Below are positions 1 to 18,959 of a DNA stretch of 64,000 nucleotides, one piece after another. The notes beneath the pieces were generated by a model. That model saw only the letters and a program-made list of their open reading frames with translations, was not told the origin of the DNA and ran no database searches. Source of the stretch: an uncultured delta proteobacterium (GTDB lineage: Bacteria; Myxococcota_A; Polyangia; Haliangiales; Haliangiaceae); assembly GCA_963743525.1 (NCBI GenBank), contig CAVUQH010000003.1:960001-1024000 (forward strand). Reading direction: 5' to 3'. How positions within the stretch are numbered: position 1 is the first letter of the stretch; each line of letters begins with the position of its first letter. A program made the translations under genes and the position numbers.

Positions 1-723
1 GCGATCCTGTCCCGGCTGACCCGGACCGACGAGGCCGCCGTCCGCGCCACCCTGCGCGAGGTCGTCGGCGCCCGCACCTCGATTCGCGCCGAGGGCCGGC
101 TGCCGTCGTCGCTGGGGCCGGCCACTCGCTTCGACATGGTGCTGTCGCGCCTGGGACGGGGCGAGCTGGAGACCCCGGGCGGCACCGCGCCGGTGGCGTC
201 GCTGTCGCACTTCGTGCTGACCATCTCCGAGCGCCCCGAGGCCACGCTCGAGACCGCGGACTGGGGCTGGAGCGGCGCGCGCGCGCCGGTCGACCTGCGC
301 GAGGTGGTCAAGGCCGCCGTCGCCGAGCTGGCCGCAGGCGCCGAGCTGCCCGAGCGCGCGCTGCTGGTCGAGACCCCGCGCCAGCTGACCAAGGTGACGC
401 TGGCCGGCGAGCGGGTCGGCGACGCTCTGCAAGCGGTGCTGCGCGCGTGCGTCGAGCGCGGTCCCTCTGACGTTCCCGGCCGCGTGGTCGTGCACGAAGA
501 TGACGACGCCGTCGAGGTGCGCGTCATCGATCCGGCCACCGTCCTCACCCGCAGCGACGTCGCCGCGGTCTCCGCCGGTGTCCACGATCAGCTGGCTGCC
601 GACTCGATCGCGCGCCACCTGTCGGAGTTGTCGCGCGCGGTCCAGGCCGACGGCGGCAGCCTGTCGATCGACAGCGATCTCGACGACGGCACCACCATCG
701 TCATCCGCGTGCGAAAGGGCTAG
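1..723 (+). CDS. 5'-truncated protein ending in a degenerate histidine-kinase-like ATPase (HATPase_c) domain
   Basis: Frame is open from base 1 to TAG 721-723. The C-terminus (VEVRVID...GGSLSIDSDLDDGTTIVIRV) follows the HATPase_c pattern, but the N-box Asn and G1 DxGxG are missing. Confidence 0.6.
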   Translation, partial: AILSRLTRTDEAAVRATLREVVGARTSIRAEGRLPSSLGPATRFDMVLSRLGRGELETPGGTAPVASLSHFVLTISERPEATLETADWGWSGARAPVDLREVVKAAVAELAAGAELPERALLVETPRQLTKVTLAGERVGDALQAVLRACVERGPSDVPGRVVVHEDDDAVEVRVIDPATVLTRSDVAAVSAGVHDQLAADSIARHLSELSRAVQADGGSLSIDSDLDDGTTIVIRVRKG

Positions 724-729
724 CCAGAC

Positions 730-3926
<3,197 letters not shown>

Positions 3927-3930
<4 letters not shown>

Positions 3931-6446
3931 GGCGACAGCTGGTGCCGCTGCTCGGCCTGCTGCTGGTCCTGGCCGGCACCGCGGCCGCCGGGTGGAAGGC
4001 GATCCGTGCCGCCGGCGCCGATCCGGATCCGCTCCTGCGCAAGCGGGCCGATGCCGAGCGCGTCTTCTATTACCGCATCGACGATCACTGGTCCGCTCGC
4101 TTTCCGGTTGCGCCGGGGACGCCGGTGGTCAAGCTGATCACCCACGCCGTGCTGCCGGCGGGCGCGCCCTACGATCCGTCGGCGCAGGTCGCCTACGCCG
4201 TGCGCGTGCGCGTGCTGGCCGGCGGTCGCGCGCTGTCGGACCGGGTGCTTCACGCGGTGTCGCGGCAGAGCAAGGCCGACCGCCGCGGAGATACCTGGCT
4301 GCACGAGAGCGCCTTCGTCCGCGATGGCTCGCTGCAGCTCGCCGACGACCGGGTGCTGCTGGTGACCTTGCCGTCGGGCGACACGCCACTCGACCTCGAG
4401 ATCTTGCCGGCCGGGACCGCCGGCGACGTGTTGGTGCGCGCCTATGCCTTCGCGCCGCGGTCGGTGACGGCGCGCCAGCAGCGGGAGAAGGTGCTGAGTG
4501 AGCGCGAGCGCGAGGCGCTGGTCGAGCGCTCGACCTGGCTGCCGTGGCCACTGGTGCCGTCGGCGGAGCGCTTCGCCCGCCTGCGCCTGCGCTATCAGCG
4601 GCTGTCGGCGCAGGGCGAGCGCGACGTCAACTACCAGCTGCGCACCGTCTACGACACCGGCTTCCGCGCGCCGGCCAGCGAGCAGCGCGGCGGGCAACCG
4701 GACCTGATCGACGCCAACCGCGGTCAGGCCGTCGACGTCGTCGGTCCGGCGATGTTGGCGGTCGAGGTGTCGCGGCCGGGCAGTACCCCCGGTCCGGCCG
4801 CGGTCGACATCGCCGACGTCAGTCCGGGACTGCCGGTCGCCGCCCGCATCGATCTTCCCGCCGGCACGCCGCGGGTTCAGGCCGCGCTCGGCATCGGCCC
4901 CGGGCTGCACAGCCTGCGCGCCACCACCACCAGCAGCGACCCGCTGGCGCTGGTGATCACCGGCGCGCCGGAGTCGCCGCTGGCCGCGTCGCGGTTCCTC
5001 GCCGACGGCCGGCGCGCGGCGGTGGCCGACGTCCGTCGCTTCCCGGTCTATCTGACCGGTGACGCCGCGCTGCCGGTGGTCGCCGCGGTGCCCGACGCGA
5101 CCGCTGCCTCGGCCCGCATCGTGCGCATCGACGCCCGTCTGGTCGCGCCGGCCGAGGGCGCACCGGCGCCGTCGTCGGCGCGGATCGAAGCCGAGTTGGT
5201 CGACGCCGCTGGCGCGGTGACCGCGCACATGGCCCGCGACCTGACTGCGTCGCCGGCGCCGTTCGAGCGGCTGGAACGCGCCGACGGCGCCGTGCTCCTG
5301 GTCTCCCAGCCGGTCAGCTCGCGCATCATCGTCCCCGCCGGCGCCGCGCAGATCACGTTTCACGCCGACGCGCCGGTGGCCCTGCGCCTGTACGCCTATG
5401 CACCTACCGAGTGGGCGCTCGAGCCGCCGTACGCCGACGTCGCCATCGGCGACCTGCGCTGGCGCTACGCGCCGCTGGCGGCGCGCAGCTGGTTGCCGGT
5501 CCATCCCGAGAACCGCGCCGCGCTCGAGCGCGCCGGCCGGCGCGCGCTGCTGGCGGGCGCCGCCCGATTGGTCGCCCCCGACGACGAAGCCGAGGGCGGC
5601 CACGGCCGCGCGGTGGCGCCGACCGTCGCCGTACGGCCACGCGGTGCCCCGGAGCGGCAGACCGTGCTCGACCCGGTCTCGCCCGAGGCGTACGGCGACG
5701 CCGTGGCGGCGTGGCCGATCGGCTCGCTCACCCGGCTGTCGCCCAGCCGCGCCACCCGCGTGGTCGCCGACCGCCGCACCGCCGGACGCGCGCGCATCCA
5801 CTACCGCGCCGAGCGCGCCGCCGTCGGCAAGACCCTGGTGGTCCGCGTCGACGGCGCCGTCGCCGCCCGCAGTCGGGTCGCCGCTTCGCGCGGGCGCCTG
5901 CGCTTGCGTTCGCTCGCACCCGGCGAGCACTCGGTGACCATCGAGGGTGCCGAGGTGGAGGCGTGGATCGACCGACCGCCCGCAGCCGGCGAGCCGGCCG
6001 CCATCGCCCGCCTGCGCACCGTCTACGCCCTCGACAGTCGCCTGACCGTGCCGGTGCGCCGGCGCGCCGGTCAGGCGACTGCGCTCGACGCCGTGATCTA
6101 CTACCCGGATCCGGCGGCTGCGCCCGGGGTCCGGCTGCGCGCGGTGATCGGCGGCACCCGCGCCGCGCGCGTCACCAGCCGCCTGGTCGCCCACATCACC
6201 CGCCTCGATCGCACGCTGTCGTTGCCGCCGGCCAACCGCAGGCGAGCGGCCGAGCTGGTCGATGCCCCAGGTGAGGCCGGCTATCCGCGTGTCATCGCCG
6301 TCCCGATCGGCGATGATCTGTCCGTGGGGACTCATTTGGTCGACCTCACGCGGGTGTCGGGGCCCCGTCTGTGGGTCCGCTTCTTCGTCACCGATCGCGT
6401 GGCCGAGTCGGGGGAGCGGGTGCAGGAGTGGACCTTCGAGGAGTAA
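3927..6446 (+). CDS. Exported or membrane-anchored hypothetical protein (839 aa) of the pgs operon
   Basis: ATGA overlap with the upstream stop; N-terminal hydrophobic signal/anchor MRRQLVPLLGLLLVLAGTAAA; beta-rich sequence. Confidence 0.75.
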
Positions 6447-7384
6447 TGGCGCGACGGATCATATTGTTGTCGGTGGTCGCCGGCTGTTCCACGCCGGGCG
6501 CCGGCGCCCCGGGACCGCGAGCGGCCGAGGTCGAGGAGCAGACGCTCACCTCGGCGGAGGCGATCACCGCGCTGTGGCCGGACGAGAGCCGCGTCGCGCT
6601 GGCGCCGACGACCGCGCGCGAGCGCGAGGCGATCTCCTGGTGGGTGCCGCGCCTGCTGGCCGGCGTGAGCCCCGACGAGCCCAGCTCCCTTGCCGGTGGT
6701 CCGGCGCTGCGCCGGGTCGGTCTGATCCTGCAGCTGTGGCAGGTGGACGGCCATCCGTACTGGGTGTTGCGCGAGCGACCGGGGGCGCGCCGCGGCGCCG
6801 GGACCTATCTGTTTCGCGCCGCGCCGGCGCCTGGCCGGGTGCTGATCCTGCAGGCGCCGCACGCCTATTACGACATCGACACCGGACCGATCGCCGCGCG
6901 ACTGTTCTTCACCGGCACCGGCCAGGCGCTGTTCACCAACACGTTGCACCGCTACCGCGCCGCGCCCGGGCCGACGCGGCGCGTGTCGCGCAGCGCGGCC
7001 GACGTCGCCCACGCGCCGTCACACCTGTTCGCTGCCGCGACCGCCGCGGCTGCCGGCTCGGCCAGCGTCACGGTCGTGCAGCTGCACGGCTTCGCCGACC
7101 GCGACGCCGGCGCGCAGCTGATCGTCAGCGCCGGTGACTCGCACGGGGCGACGCCGCTGGCGCGCGCCGCGGCCCGTGCGCTGACCGGCGCGCTGCCCGA
7201 CGTGGCGCTCTACCCCGAGCAGATTCGCGTGCTCGGGGGCACCACGAACGTGCAGAAGCGCGCGCTGGGCGACGACGACGAGTTCCTCCACCTGGAGATG
7301 TCGCGCGGCGTCCGGCGCACGCTGCTGCGCGAGCCCCGGGCCCTGGAAGCGCTGCGCAGCGCACTGGAGGGTGCCGCGCCGTGA
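6446..7384 (+). CDS. Lipoprotein, putative Zn-dependent amidohydrolase (PGA-hydrolase / N-formylglutamate amidohydrolase-like fold)
   Basis: TAATG coupling at 6444-6448; lipobox MARRIILLSVVAG-C; motifs ILQAPHxxxD, ADVAH, VVQLHGF and FLHLEMS. Confidence 0.6.
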   Translation: MARRIILLSVVAGCSTPGAGAPGPRAAEVEEQTLTSAEAITALWPDESRVALAPTTAREREAISWWVPRLLAGVSPDEPSSLAGGPALRRVGLILQLWQVDGHPYWVLRERPGARRGAGTYLFRAAPAPGRVLILQAPHAYYDIDTGPIAARLFFTGTGQALFTNTLHRYRAAPGPTRRVSRSAADVAHAPSHLFAAATAAAAGSASVTVVQLHGFADRDAGAQLIVSAGDSHGATPLARAAARALTGALPDVALYPEQIRVLGGTTNVQKRALGDDDEFLHLEMSRGVRRTLLREPRALEALRSALEGAAP

Positions 7385-10300
7385 GCCAGTGGCGGCTCGC
7401 CACGTTCGCCGCCTCAATCCTGGTCGCGTGGTCGCCGCTCGCGCGCGCCGATGACGGCGTGCGCTGGGAGGCGCACCCGGTGGCCTTTCCCGTGGCTCCC
7501 GAACAGGTGCGCCCGCGCGCGCCCGAGGTGCCTGCAGGTACGCCGACGCGCACCGGACCGGTCACCGTGGCGCCGGGCGCCGCCGCTGCGTTCCACCTGC
7601 CGCCGCTGTCGCTGGTGCGCGTGCGCGCGTCCGGTCCGGTTCACCTCTTTCGCATCAGCGGCGGCGGCGGGCGCGCGGTGCTGGAGGTGCCGGGCCGGCC
7701 GGTCGACCCGGGCACCCGCTATCTGGTTCAGCCGGTGGCCGGCGGCGGCACCTGGATGATCACCGCCGACCAACCGACTCGGGTCCGGGTCGAGGCGCCG
7801 CTGGTGTTGCGCGGTCGGTTGCGCTGGGAGCAGGCGCGCGCCGATCTCTTGGCCTGGATCGACCGCGGTGGGCCGTTGCCCGAGCTGCCGGTGGCGCCCG
7901 GCATCTCCCGGCTGGCGCTCGAGCTGCGGGCGCAGGCGGCGGTCGGCGCCGACCTCGTCCGCCGCGATGCGGCGCTGGCCGGCGCCGTGCGCGCGTGGCG
8001 GGCGGCGGCGGCGGTGATCGCGCTCGAGGTCGTGCGGCCGCGCACCGGCTGGGCCGAGCGCGGCGAGGCGGTGTCGCTGGGCGCCGGTGACCCGCTGCGC
8101 GAGCTGCCCGGTTACCGCGCCGTCGCCGCCGATCGCGAAGCCGCGCTCGAGCTCTCCGGACCGGGGGTGCTCGAGGTCGACCTGCGCGCGCTGGGCTTGC
8201 GCGCCGGTGAGCGGCGCGTGGTCACCGTCGAGGTCAGCAGCGGCGGGACGACGATTGCGCGCCGCGGCGGCGAGACCGGACCGGCGACCATCGACAGCGC
8301 CCCGGCGGCGGCCTTTCCCCGGCTGCGGCCGCGGCCGCTGGGCGCGGGACAGAAGCTGTCGCTGGCGCTGCCGCTCTACCTCGGCCGGCACCGCTACCGC
8401 GTACGTGTCGCCGGCGCACCGGCTGCGGTGCGCGCGCACGTCTGGCGTCGGCGGCCGCGGCTGGGCGAGGCCGCGGGCGGGAGCGGCGACCCCGACGCGC
8501 TGGCGCAGCGGGCTCGCGCGGCGCTGTCCGGGCGGCGCGGCCCGGCCGCCCGGGTGCTGCGCGGGTTGGTCGACCAGCTCGGCGGAGCGGCACCGGCGGC
8601 CGACGATCCGGTCGCGCGGGCGATCGCCGCCGCCACCGGCGACCCGGCTGAGCGAGTCGCCGCGGCGGTCGCGACCTTCGATCCCGAGACGCCGCGCAGC
8701 GCCGGTGTCGGTCTGTGCGAGCTGGGCTGGCGGCGCGCGCCGGTCGACGGTGCCGTGCGCGACAGCTGCCTGGAGCGCTGGTTCGGACAGTCCCGCTGGT
8801 CGCGCGTCGCCCCGGCGCCGCCGGCCACCGCCGCGCCACCGCCGCAGGCCTCGACCTGGATCGATCGCTCGCCATCTCCCGGCGGCCGCCTGGCGCTGTT
8901 GCCGGCCGGTCGGTCGACCGTGGTCGCGCCGGTCTCGCCGCTCGAGCCGGCGCGGCCGGCGGTACTGCGCCTGTACCTGGTCGCTGCAGCCGATCGCCGG
9001 GCGCCCATCGGTCTGTCGATCGATGGCCGGCGCTTCGCGGCGCTGCCGATGGACGACGCCGAGGTGGTCGACGTGGCGGTCACCCCTGGCCCGCACGCGC
9101 TGGCGCTGGCGGCGCCCGCAGGCGTTGACGTGCTGTCGGCGCTGCCGGTCTCCGGCGCGGACGCGGGGCCCGGTCGCGGTCGCTCGCTGCGCCGGCGCCG
9201 CTACCTGCCCGCGGCCGGGGTGCGCTACGCGTTGCCCGATGCGGGCAATCCGTCGCCGATTCGCGTCGAGCTTCGGCCGCCCGCCGGCGCCGCCGCGCGC
9301 GCGGTCACGGTCCGCTTCGACGTCGGCCGGCCGCGGCGGATCGCGCTCGTGCCCGGGCCGCGCGATCGCGACCTGCGACCGATGGGCGGGGCTCCGGCGC
9401 TGGCCGCGGGCGCCGACGTGGTGTTGTGGCCGCCGCCGGGGGCGCGCTCGCTGACCATCGACGGCGGCGACGATCTGTTCGCCGCCGTCTACGTTCGCCG
9501 CGACGGCGCCGCCGGCTCGGACGACGCCGACGAGCCGCCGCCGCTGGTACCCGCCGCGGCGCCCGGCTCCGGCGATCCGCTGGCCGACGTCGCCGCGCTG
9601 TCGCGTGAGCTCGTCGCGCATCCCGGCGACACCGGCCGGCTGATCGCCCGCGCCGACCGCCTGCTCGAGCTGGGCGAGCCGGGCTGGGCGCGCCACGATC
9701 TGGTGAGGGCCCGCGCCGCTGCCCGCGCCGCCGCCGACCGCGCCGCGACGTCGGCGCTGGAGCTGCGCATCGATGGCTGGCTCGACCCGGCGCACCTGCC
9801 GGTGCCGTCCGCGCCGCTGACCGGACCGACACCGCTGTCGGCCGGGCTGGTCGCGCTGGGCGATCGACCGACCGAGCTGGCGCGCTGGGTCCGCGTCGCC
9901 CGCGGCATCGACCGGCCGCCGGCCGACGCGCCGGCGTGGGTGCGCGCGCGGGTGGCCGAGCGCGACGGTGACGGCGAGGAGGCGGCGGCGATCCTGGCCC
10001 GCGCGTACCTGCCGGGCGCGCCACCGGCGATCGGCCTCGACGCGCTGCGCGCGCTGGTGCCGGTGCTCGAGCGGGCCGACGCAACCGCCAGCGCCCGGGC
10101 GCCGCTGGCCTACGCCATCGCGGCCGAGGTGCGCCGCGCCGTCGACCACCCGATCGCCCGGCGAGCCGCGGTGCTGGCCGCGCGCGCCAGTCGTTGGCAG
10201 GCGGTCGCGGGCGCCGACGACAGCGCCGGCTTCGAGCGCCTCTACGTGCCCCGCGACGAGGCCCGCTCCGAGCCACTGGCCTTGGTCGCCGCGCTGGTCG

Positions 10301-12029
10301 CCGCGCCGTGGCCGGACCGCGACGGGTCGATCGTCACCGGTGGACGCGCGGCCGCCTGGCGGGTCGACCTTTCGCGGCCGGTGACGGTGACGCCGGAGCT
10401 GTGGTGCGCCGCGATCCGCACCCGCCCGGACGGCGCCGAGCGGCCGTGCAAGGTCGACGTTCGCGTCGACGATCGCGCCGGTCCGGAGGTCGACGTGGCG
10501 CCACGCCAGCGGCTGCGCCTCGACGCCATCGCCCTGGGCGCCGGCCGCCACCAGGTGGAGGTTGCGCTGTCGCCGACCCGGGCGTCGGCGCTGGCGGTCC
10601 GCTTCGTCGCCGACCGGTCGCTGGGCGGCGCCGAGGATCGCGATCGGCGCCGGGTGCGCGCGCTGGTGGCCACCGCCGACCACCCGCTGCGGCTGACCGC
10701 CGCCGGCCCGGGGGCGCTGCGGCTGGTCGCGCGCCGCCGCGGCGCCGGCGCGACCCGGCTGTCGATCGTCGTGCGCGGGCCCGGCGGCGCCGCGGTGTCC
10801 CGATCGATGGCGCTGCCCGCCGACGCCGATCCGTCGGTGCTCGGCGACGCGCCCCGCAACCTCGAGGTCGGTCGCGAGGTCGACCTGGTGCTGCCGCTGG
10901 TCGCGGCCGGCGGTCACGTGGTCGAGCTGCGCCCGGATCACGGCGCGGTGCTGGTGACCGCATCGGTACGCGTGCCGGCGCCGGCCGAGCCGCCCGAGAG
11001 CCTGGCCTGGCAGCGCGCGACGGCGGCGCCACCGCCTTCGCCGTCGTGGCCGTACCTGGTGGACGTCGCGCCGATCGACGCGCCGCTGTTGTCGGCGGCC
11101 GAGCGCGCCTGGTTGCTGGGGCGAGGCGGCCACCCGCCGCTGACGCTCACCGCCATCGCCGGCGTCGGCCGCGACGACGCCGACACGGTTGGTCTGGAGA
11201 ACGGCGCCAGCATCACCCGCGGCCAGCTGCGCCTGCAGCTCCGCCGGCGCGCGCGCCCGTCGCTGTGGCTGGGCGCCGGGCTTCGCGCCCGCGCCTTCGC
11301 CGGCGGCCAGTCGTCGCTCGGTGGCGAGGTCGGCGCCGACTGGCGCGGAGCCAACGGACTGCGCGCCGCGGTCGACGGGCGGGCGCAGAGCCAGGTGGTC
11401 GATGGCGGCAACCGCATCTGGGGGCTGCGCGGCCGGCTCCGCGCCGGCGTGCGCGTGGGCCTGTCGCCGGACCTGTGGCTGGTGCCGACGCTGGCGTACA
11501 CCCAGCGCGACTACCGCGGTTCGCCGATCGATCAAAACGGCGTCGATCCGCTGGTGTGGAACAGCTACGGCGTCACCCACGACCGCGCCGCCGAGCTCAG
11601 CGCTCGCCTGCGCTGGCGGCCGCTGCAGGATGCGGCGGCGACCGCGTCGCTGTTCGCGGTCGCCAACCGCGGCCTGCGCAGCGTCGACCACACCGGCGTG
11701 GCGCTGGGCGTCGACGGCGTGATCTCCCGGCTGCCGCTGGGCCCGGCGACCTGGCACCTGGGCTACGCGCCCAACCTTCGCCTGGCCGACGCCGATCGCC
11801 CGCGTCGCTACCTGCGTCACGACCTGAGCGCGCGCTTGCGCCTGGCGGCGTGGACCGGCCGGCGCGGGCGTTTCGCCATCGAGCTGTCGGACCAGCTGTA
11901 CCTGTCGTCGATCGCGCCGGCGCGCAACGCGCTGTCGGTGGCGATTCGCTACGACCTCACCTCCGGCCGCGGCCTCGCCGACTTCTCGCCGGCGGAGGTG
12001 GCCTATCGCGACTTCGAACAGGAGCGGCT

Positions 12030-12045
<16 letters not shown>
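7381..12045 (+). CDS. Large exported protein (1554 aa) with TPR-like middle and putative C-terminal outer-membrane beta-barrel
   Basis: GTGA overlap; signal peptide ending LARA; the last ~300 aa show alternating amphipathic beta-strand patterns (LWLGAGLRARAF, LWLVPTLAYTQR, FAIELSDQLY, LSVAIRYDL). Confidence 0.6.
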
Positions 12046-16454
<4,409 letters not shown>

Positions 16455-16457
16455 CCC

Positions 16458-17030
16458 TCAGTTGAGGTCGAGGTCGGCGGGCGACCAGGGCACGGTCCGC
16501 GCCATGCTGCGGGCCAGCTGGGCGCCCAGCTCGCCGGCCAGACCGGCGGCCGCCTCTTCCAGTGCCTGGCTGTGCCACAGCTCGTCGGAGTGGGAGCCGA
16601 CGGCGAGCACGCCGAGGATCGCGCCATCCTTTTCCAGGCGCAGCGTGATCCGTTCCGGGCAGTCGGCGATGAGCACGCGGGCTGCGTCTTCCAGCGTTCG
16701 GCCCTGGGCGATGTTGCGACGGGCCTTGGCGACGACCTCCGCTGGGACCCCTTCGGCGGTGACCATCCACGACGCGACCACGGCGGCCCGCGTGGCCGGC
16801 GTCCTCTGCCGCAGCGCCGCGACCACCGAGCTGGCGCGCTCCTCGAGCGTGCGCCGCGGGTCGGCAAAGGCCTCGACCACGGTGGCGCGAATCGCCGCGC
16901 GCTCGGCGCCCGCGCCCACGACCGCCAGTTTCTCGGCCACGGCCCGGTCGTTGCGACGGCGCTGGACCGTGTGCAGGATCCAGCCGGCGGCGACCCCAAC
17001 AGCGGCAGTGACGATCAACGAGACGCTCAC
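16458..17030 (-). CDS. Membrane-anchored hypothetical protein with GAF-like C-terminus
   Basis: N-terminal TM helix; ITLRLEKDGAILGVLAVGS...QALEEAAAGLA resembles the last strands and helix of a GAF domain. Confidence 0.55.
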   Translation of the reverse strand: MSVSLIVTAAVGVAAGWILHTVQRRRNDRAVAEKLAVVGAGAERAAIRATVVEAFADPRRTLEERASSVVAALRQRTPATRAAVVASWMVTAEGVPAEVVAKARRNIAQGRTLEDAARVLIADCPERITLRLEKDGAILGVLAVGSHSDELWHSQALEEAAAGLAGELGAQLARSMARTVPWSPADLDLN

Positions 17031-17134
17031 ATGGACAGAGTCGGACCGCGCGGCCGAGACTTTAGTGTTCCCACGATGTGCGCGCAGGTGGGCGAGCGTG
17101 ATCGCAGACGTTGCGCCGCGGGTGATTTCGTCCG

Positions 17135-18859
17135 ATGATCGAAGGAGTGCGCAGGCTCGAATTGGTGTTCGCGTGTGCGCTTCTCGGGGGGTGCCAGTGC
17201 GGTGGCGCGACCGGAGGGGCGATGTTCGATGGGGGGCCGGACGCCGTTTGGTCGGGGGATGGCGGCGGCAACGGTGATGGCGGTGGCAACGGTGATGCCA
17301 CCGGCGACGGCGACGCGATCGGCGACGGCGGCGCGACCGGCGACGGCGGTATCGCTCCGGCGTTGCGCATCTCCGAGGTCGTCCTCTACCCGGTGCACGA
17401 CTGGAGCGACTCCGACGGCGCGGGAACCCCGTGGGACGGCACCCCGGGAGGCGGCGCCGTCAACACCCGCGACCAGTACGTCGAGCTGTACAACGCCAGC
17501 CCCGACCCCATCGACCTCCACGGCTGGACGCTCGAGTTCATCGACGACACGCCCGCGACGACCGCGCTGTCGACGCACACCGACATCGGGTTGTCGGCCG
17601 GATCGACGCTGGACCGGCTGCTGCCCGGCGGCTACGCAATCGTCGGCAATCCGGACGGCTTCGCCTCCACCGACGTCTACATCGTCCTGCGCGACCCCGA
17701 CGGCACGGTGGCCGACGACGTCGAGATCGGCGGCAACGTGATGTCGCGCGATCCGGAGGGTGACGGCATCGGCGACGGAGCCCCCGCGGTCAACCTCAAC
17801 GGCTTCGCTCGCGGCGCGTTCGAGGAAGCGATCGCCCGGCCCGACGGCGCCGCCGACACGGACGTCAACCAGGTCGACTTCACCGCCATGCCGGCCACGC
17901 CGCTGGCGCCGAACATCCCGCCGGTGCCGCCGGCCGAGAGCGTACCGCCGACGGTTACCGGCAGCCCGTCGACCTCGACCTGGCCGGTGTCCCAGCTGGT
18001 GTGGATCCAGATGAGCGAGCCGATCGACGAGGGATCGGTGACCGCGTCGAGCGTGCAGCTGAGCGCGGGCGGCACGGCGCTGGAGATCCAGCAGTTCACC
18101 TTCGAGGACGACGACAGCCGCATCGTGCTGGCGCCGATCGGCCGGCTGCCGTACGACACCGACATCAGCGTCACCGTCCGCGGTGGTTCCTCCGGTGTCG
18201 CCGATCTGGTCGGCAACCGGCTGGCGTCCGACTTCTCGTTCACCATTCACACCGAGAGCGCGCCCGCCGACCCCGGCTCGGTGCTGATCAACGAGGTCGT
18301 CGTCTCGCCGGTGCGCGACTGGTCCGACGACGCCGGCGGCGACCTGCAGCCGTTTACGGCCACCCCGGGCAACGGCCTGGTCTCCTCGGAAGACGAGTGG
18401 ATCGAGCTGCTCAGCCGGATCGCCACGCCGACCGACATGAGCTCCTATTCGATCGTCGTCTTCGTCGGTGCCAACGATCTGGGCGGGTCGCGCAACGTCA
18501 CCCGGCTGGGCGCCGGCGGGCCGGTGCGGATCTTCGGCGCGGCGGCCAACCTGACGGCGATCGAGCAGGGCGACCGGATCGTGATCGGCAACCCGCGCGG
18601 AGCGCTGTACCACGACTGCTGGATCGAGCTGCGCGACGACGCAGGCCTGCTGCTCGACGCGGTCGAGATCGGCGGCAACGCGGACGCCGAGGACCGAGGC
18701 GGCGACGGCGTCAACAACGGCGCGCCGGGCGCGGGCTCCGACGGCCACTCGACCGGCACGACCGACGAGGCCATCGCCCGGGTGCCCGACGGCACCGACA
18801 CGGGCGACGACGTCGGCGATTTCGCCTACGCCACCGCCACCATCGGCACCGCGAACTAA
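17135..18859 (+). CDS. Acidic lipoprotein with two lamin-tail-like domains flanking a bacterial Ig-like domain
   Basis: Lipobox LLGG-C; duplicated modules ISEV...DQYVELYN and INEV...DEWIELLS; central PPTVTGSP...FSEPID-like...DLVGNRL...FSFT Ig-like motif. Confidence 0.7.
   Translation: MIEGVRRLELVFACALLGGCQCGGATGGAMFDGGPDAVWSGDGGGNGDGGGNGDATGDGDAIGDGGATGDGGIAPALRISEVVLYPVHDWSDSDGAGTPWDGTPGGGAVNTRDQYVELYNASPDPIDLHGWTLEFIDDTPATTALSTHTDIGLSAGSTLDRLLPGGYAIVGNPDGFASTDVYIVLRDPDGTVADDVEIGGNVMSRDPEGDGIGDGAPAVNLNGFARGAFEEAIARPDGAADTDVNQVDFTAMPATPLAPNIPPVPPAESVPPTVTGSPSTSTWPVSQLVWIQMSEPIDEGSVTASSVQLSAGGTALEIQQFTFEDDDSRIVLAPIGRLPYDTDISVTVRGGSSGVADLVGNRLASDFSFTIHTESAPADPGSVLINEVVVSPVRDWSDDAGGDLQPFTATPGNGLVSSEDEWIELLSRIATPTDMSSYSIVVFVGANDLGGSRNVTRLGAGGPVRIFGAAANLTAIEQGDRIVIGNPRGALYHDCWIELRDDAGLLLDAVEIGGNADAEDRGGDGVNNGAPGAGSDGHSTGTTDEAIARVPDGTDTGDDVGDFAYATATIGTAN
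17256..17350 (+). repeat. Low-complexity GDG/GNG tandem coding repeat (linker)
   Basis: Encodes GDGGGNGDGGGNGDATGDGDAIGDGGATGDGG. Confidence 0.7.
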
Positions 18860-18922
18860 CCCGCGCGGGCGCGACTTTGCGCGCACGAACTCGCGTTGGG
18901 CCGGCGCGAAAAACGCGGCCCG

Positions 18923-18959
18923 AAAATGAGCTCGGCGGCCCTAGTGGGCCGCCTGGCTC
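18923..18959 (-). terminator. Intrinsic terminator for the minus-strand RNA (possibly bidirectional)
   Basis: Minus strand GAGC-CA-GGCGGCCC-ACUA-GGGCCGCC-GA-GCUC-AUUUU; lies between the convergent lipoprotein gene and the candidate RNA. Confidence 0.65.

Noticed and set aside
10194..12029. 2086-aa version of the PgsB ORF
   Set aside because: The first ~610 codons overlap the 7381-12045 gene out of frame and are Arg/Gly/Pro junk; GTG 12030 has an RBS.
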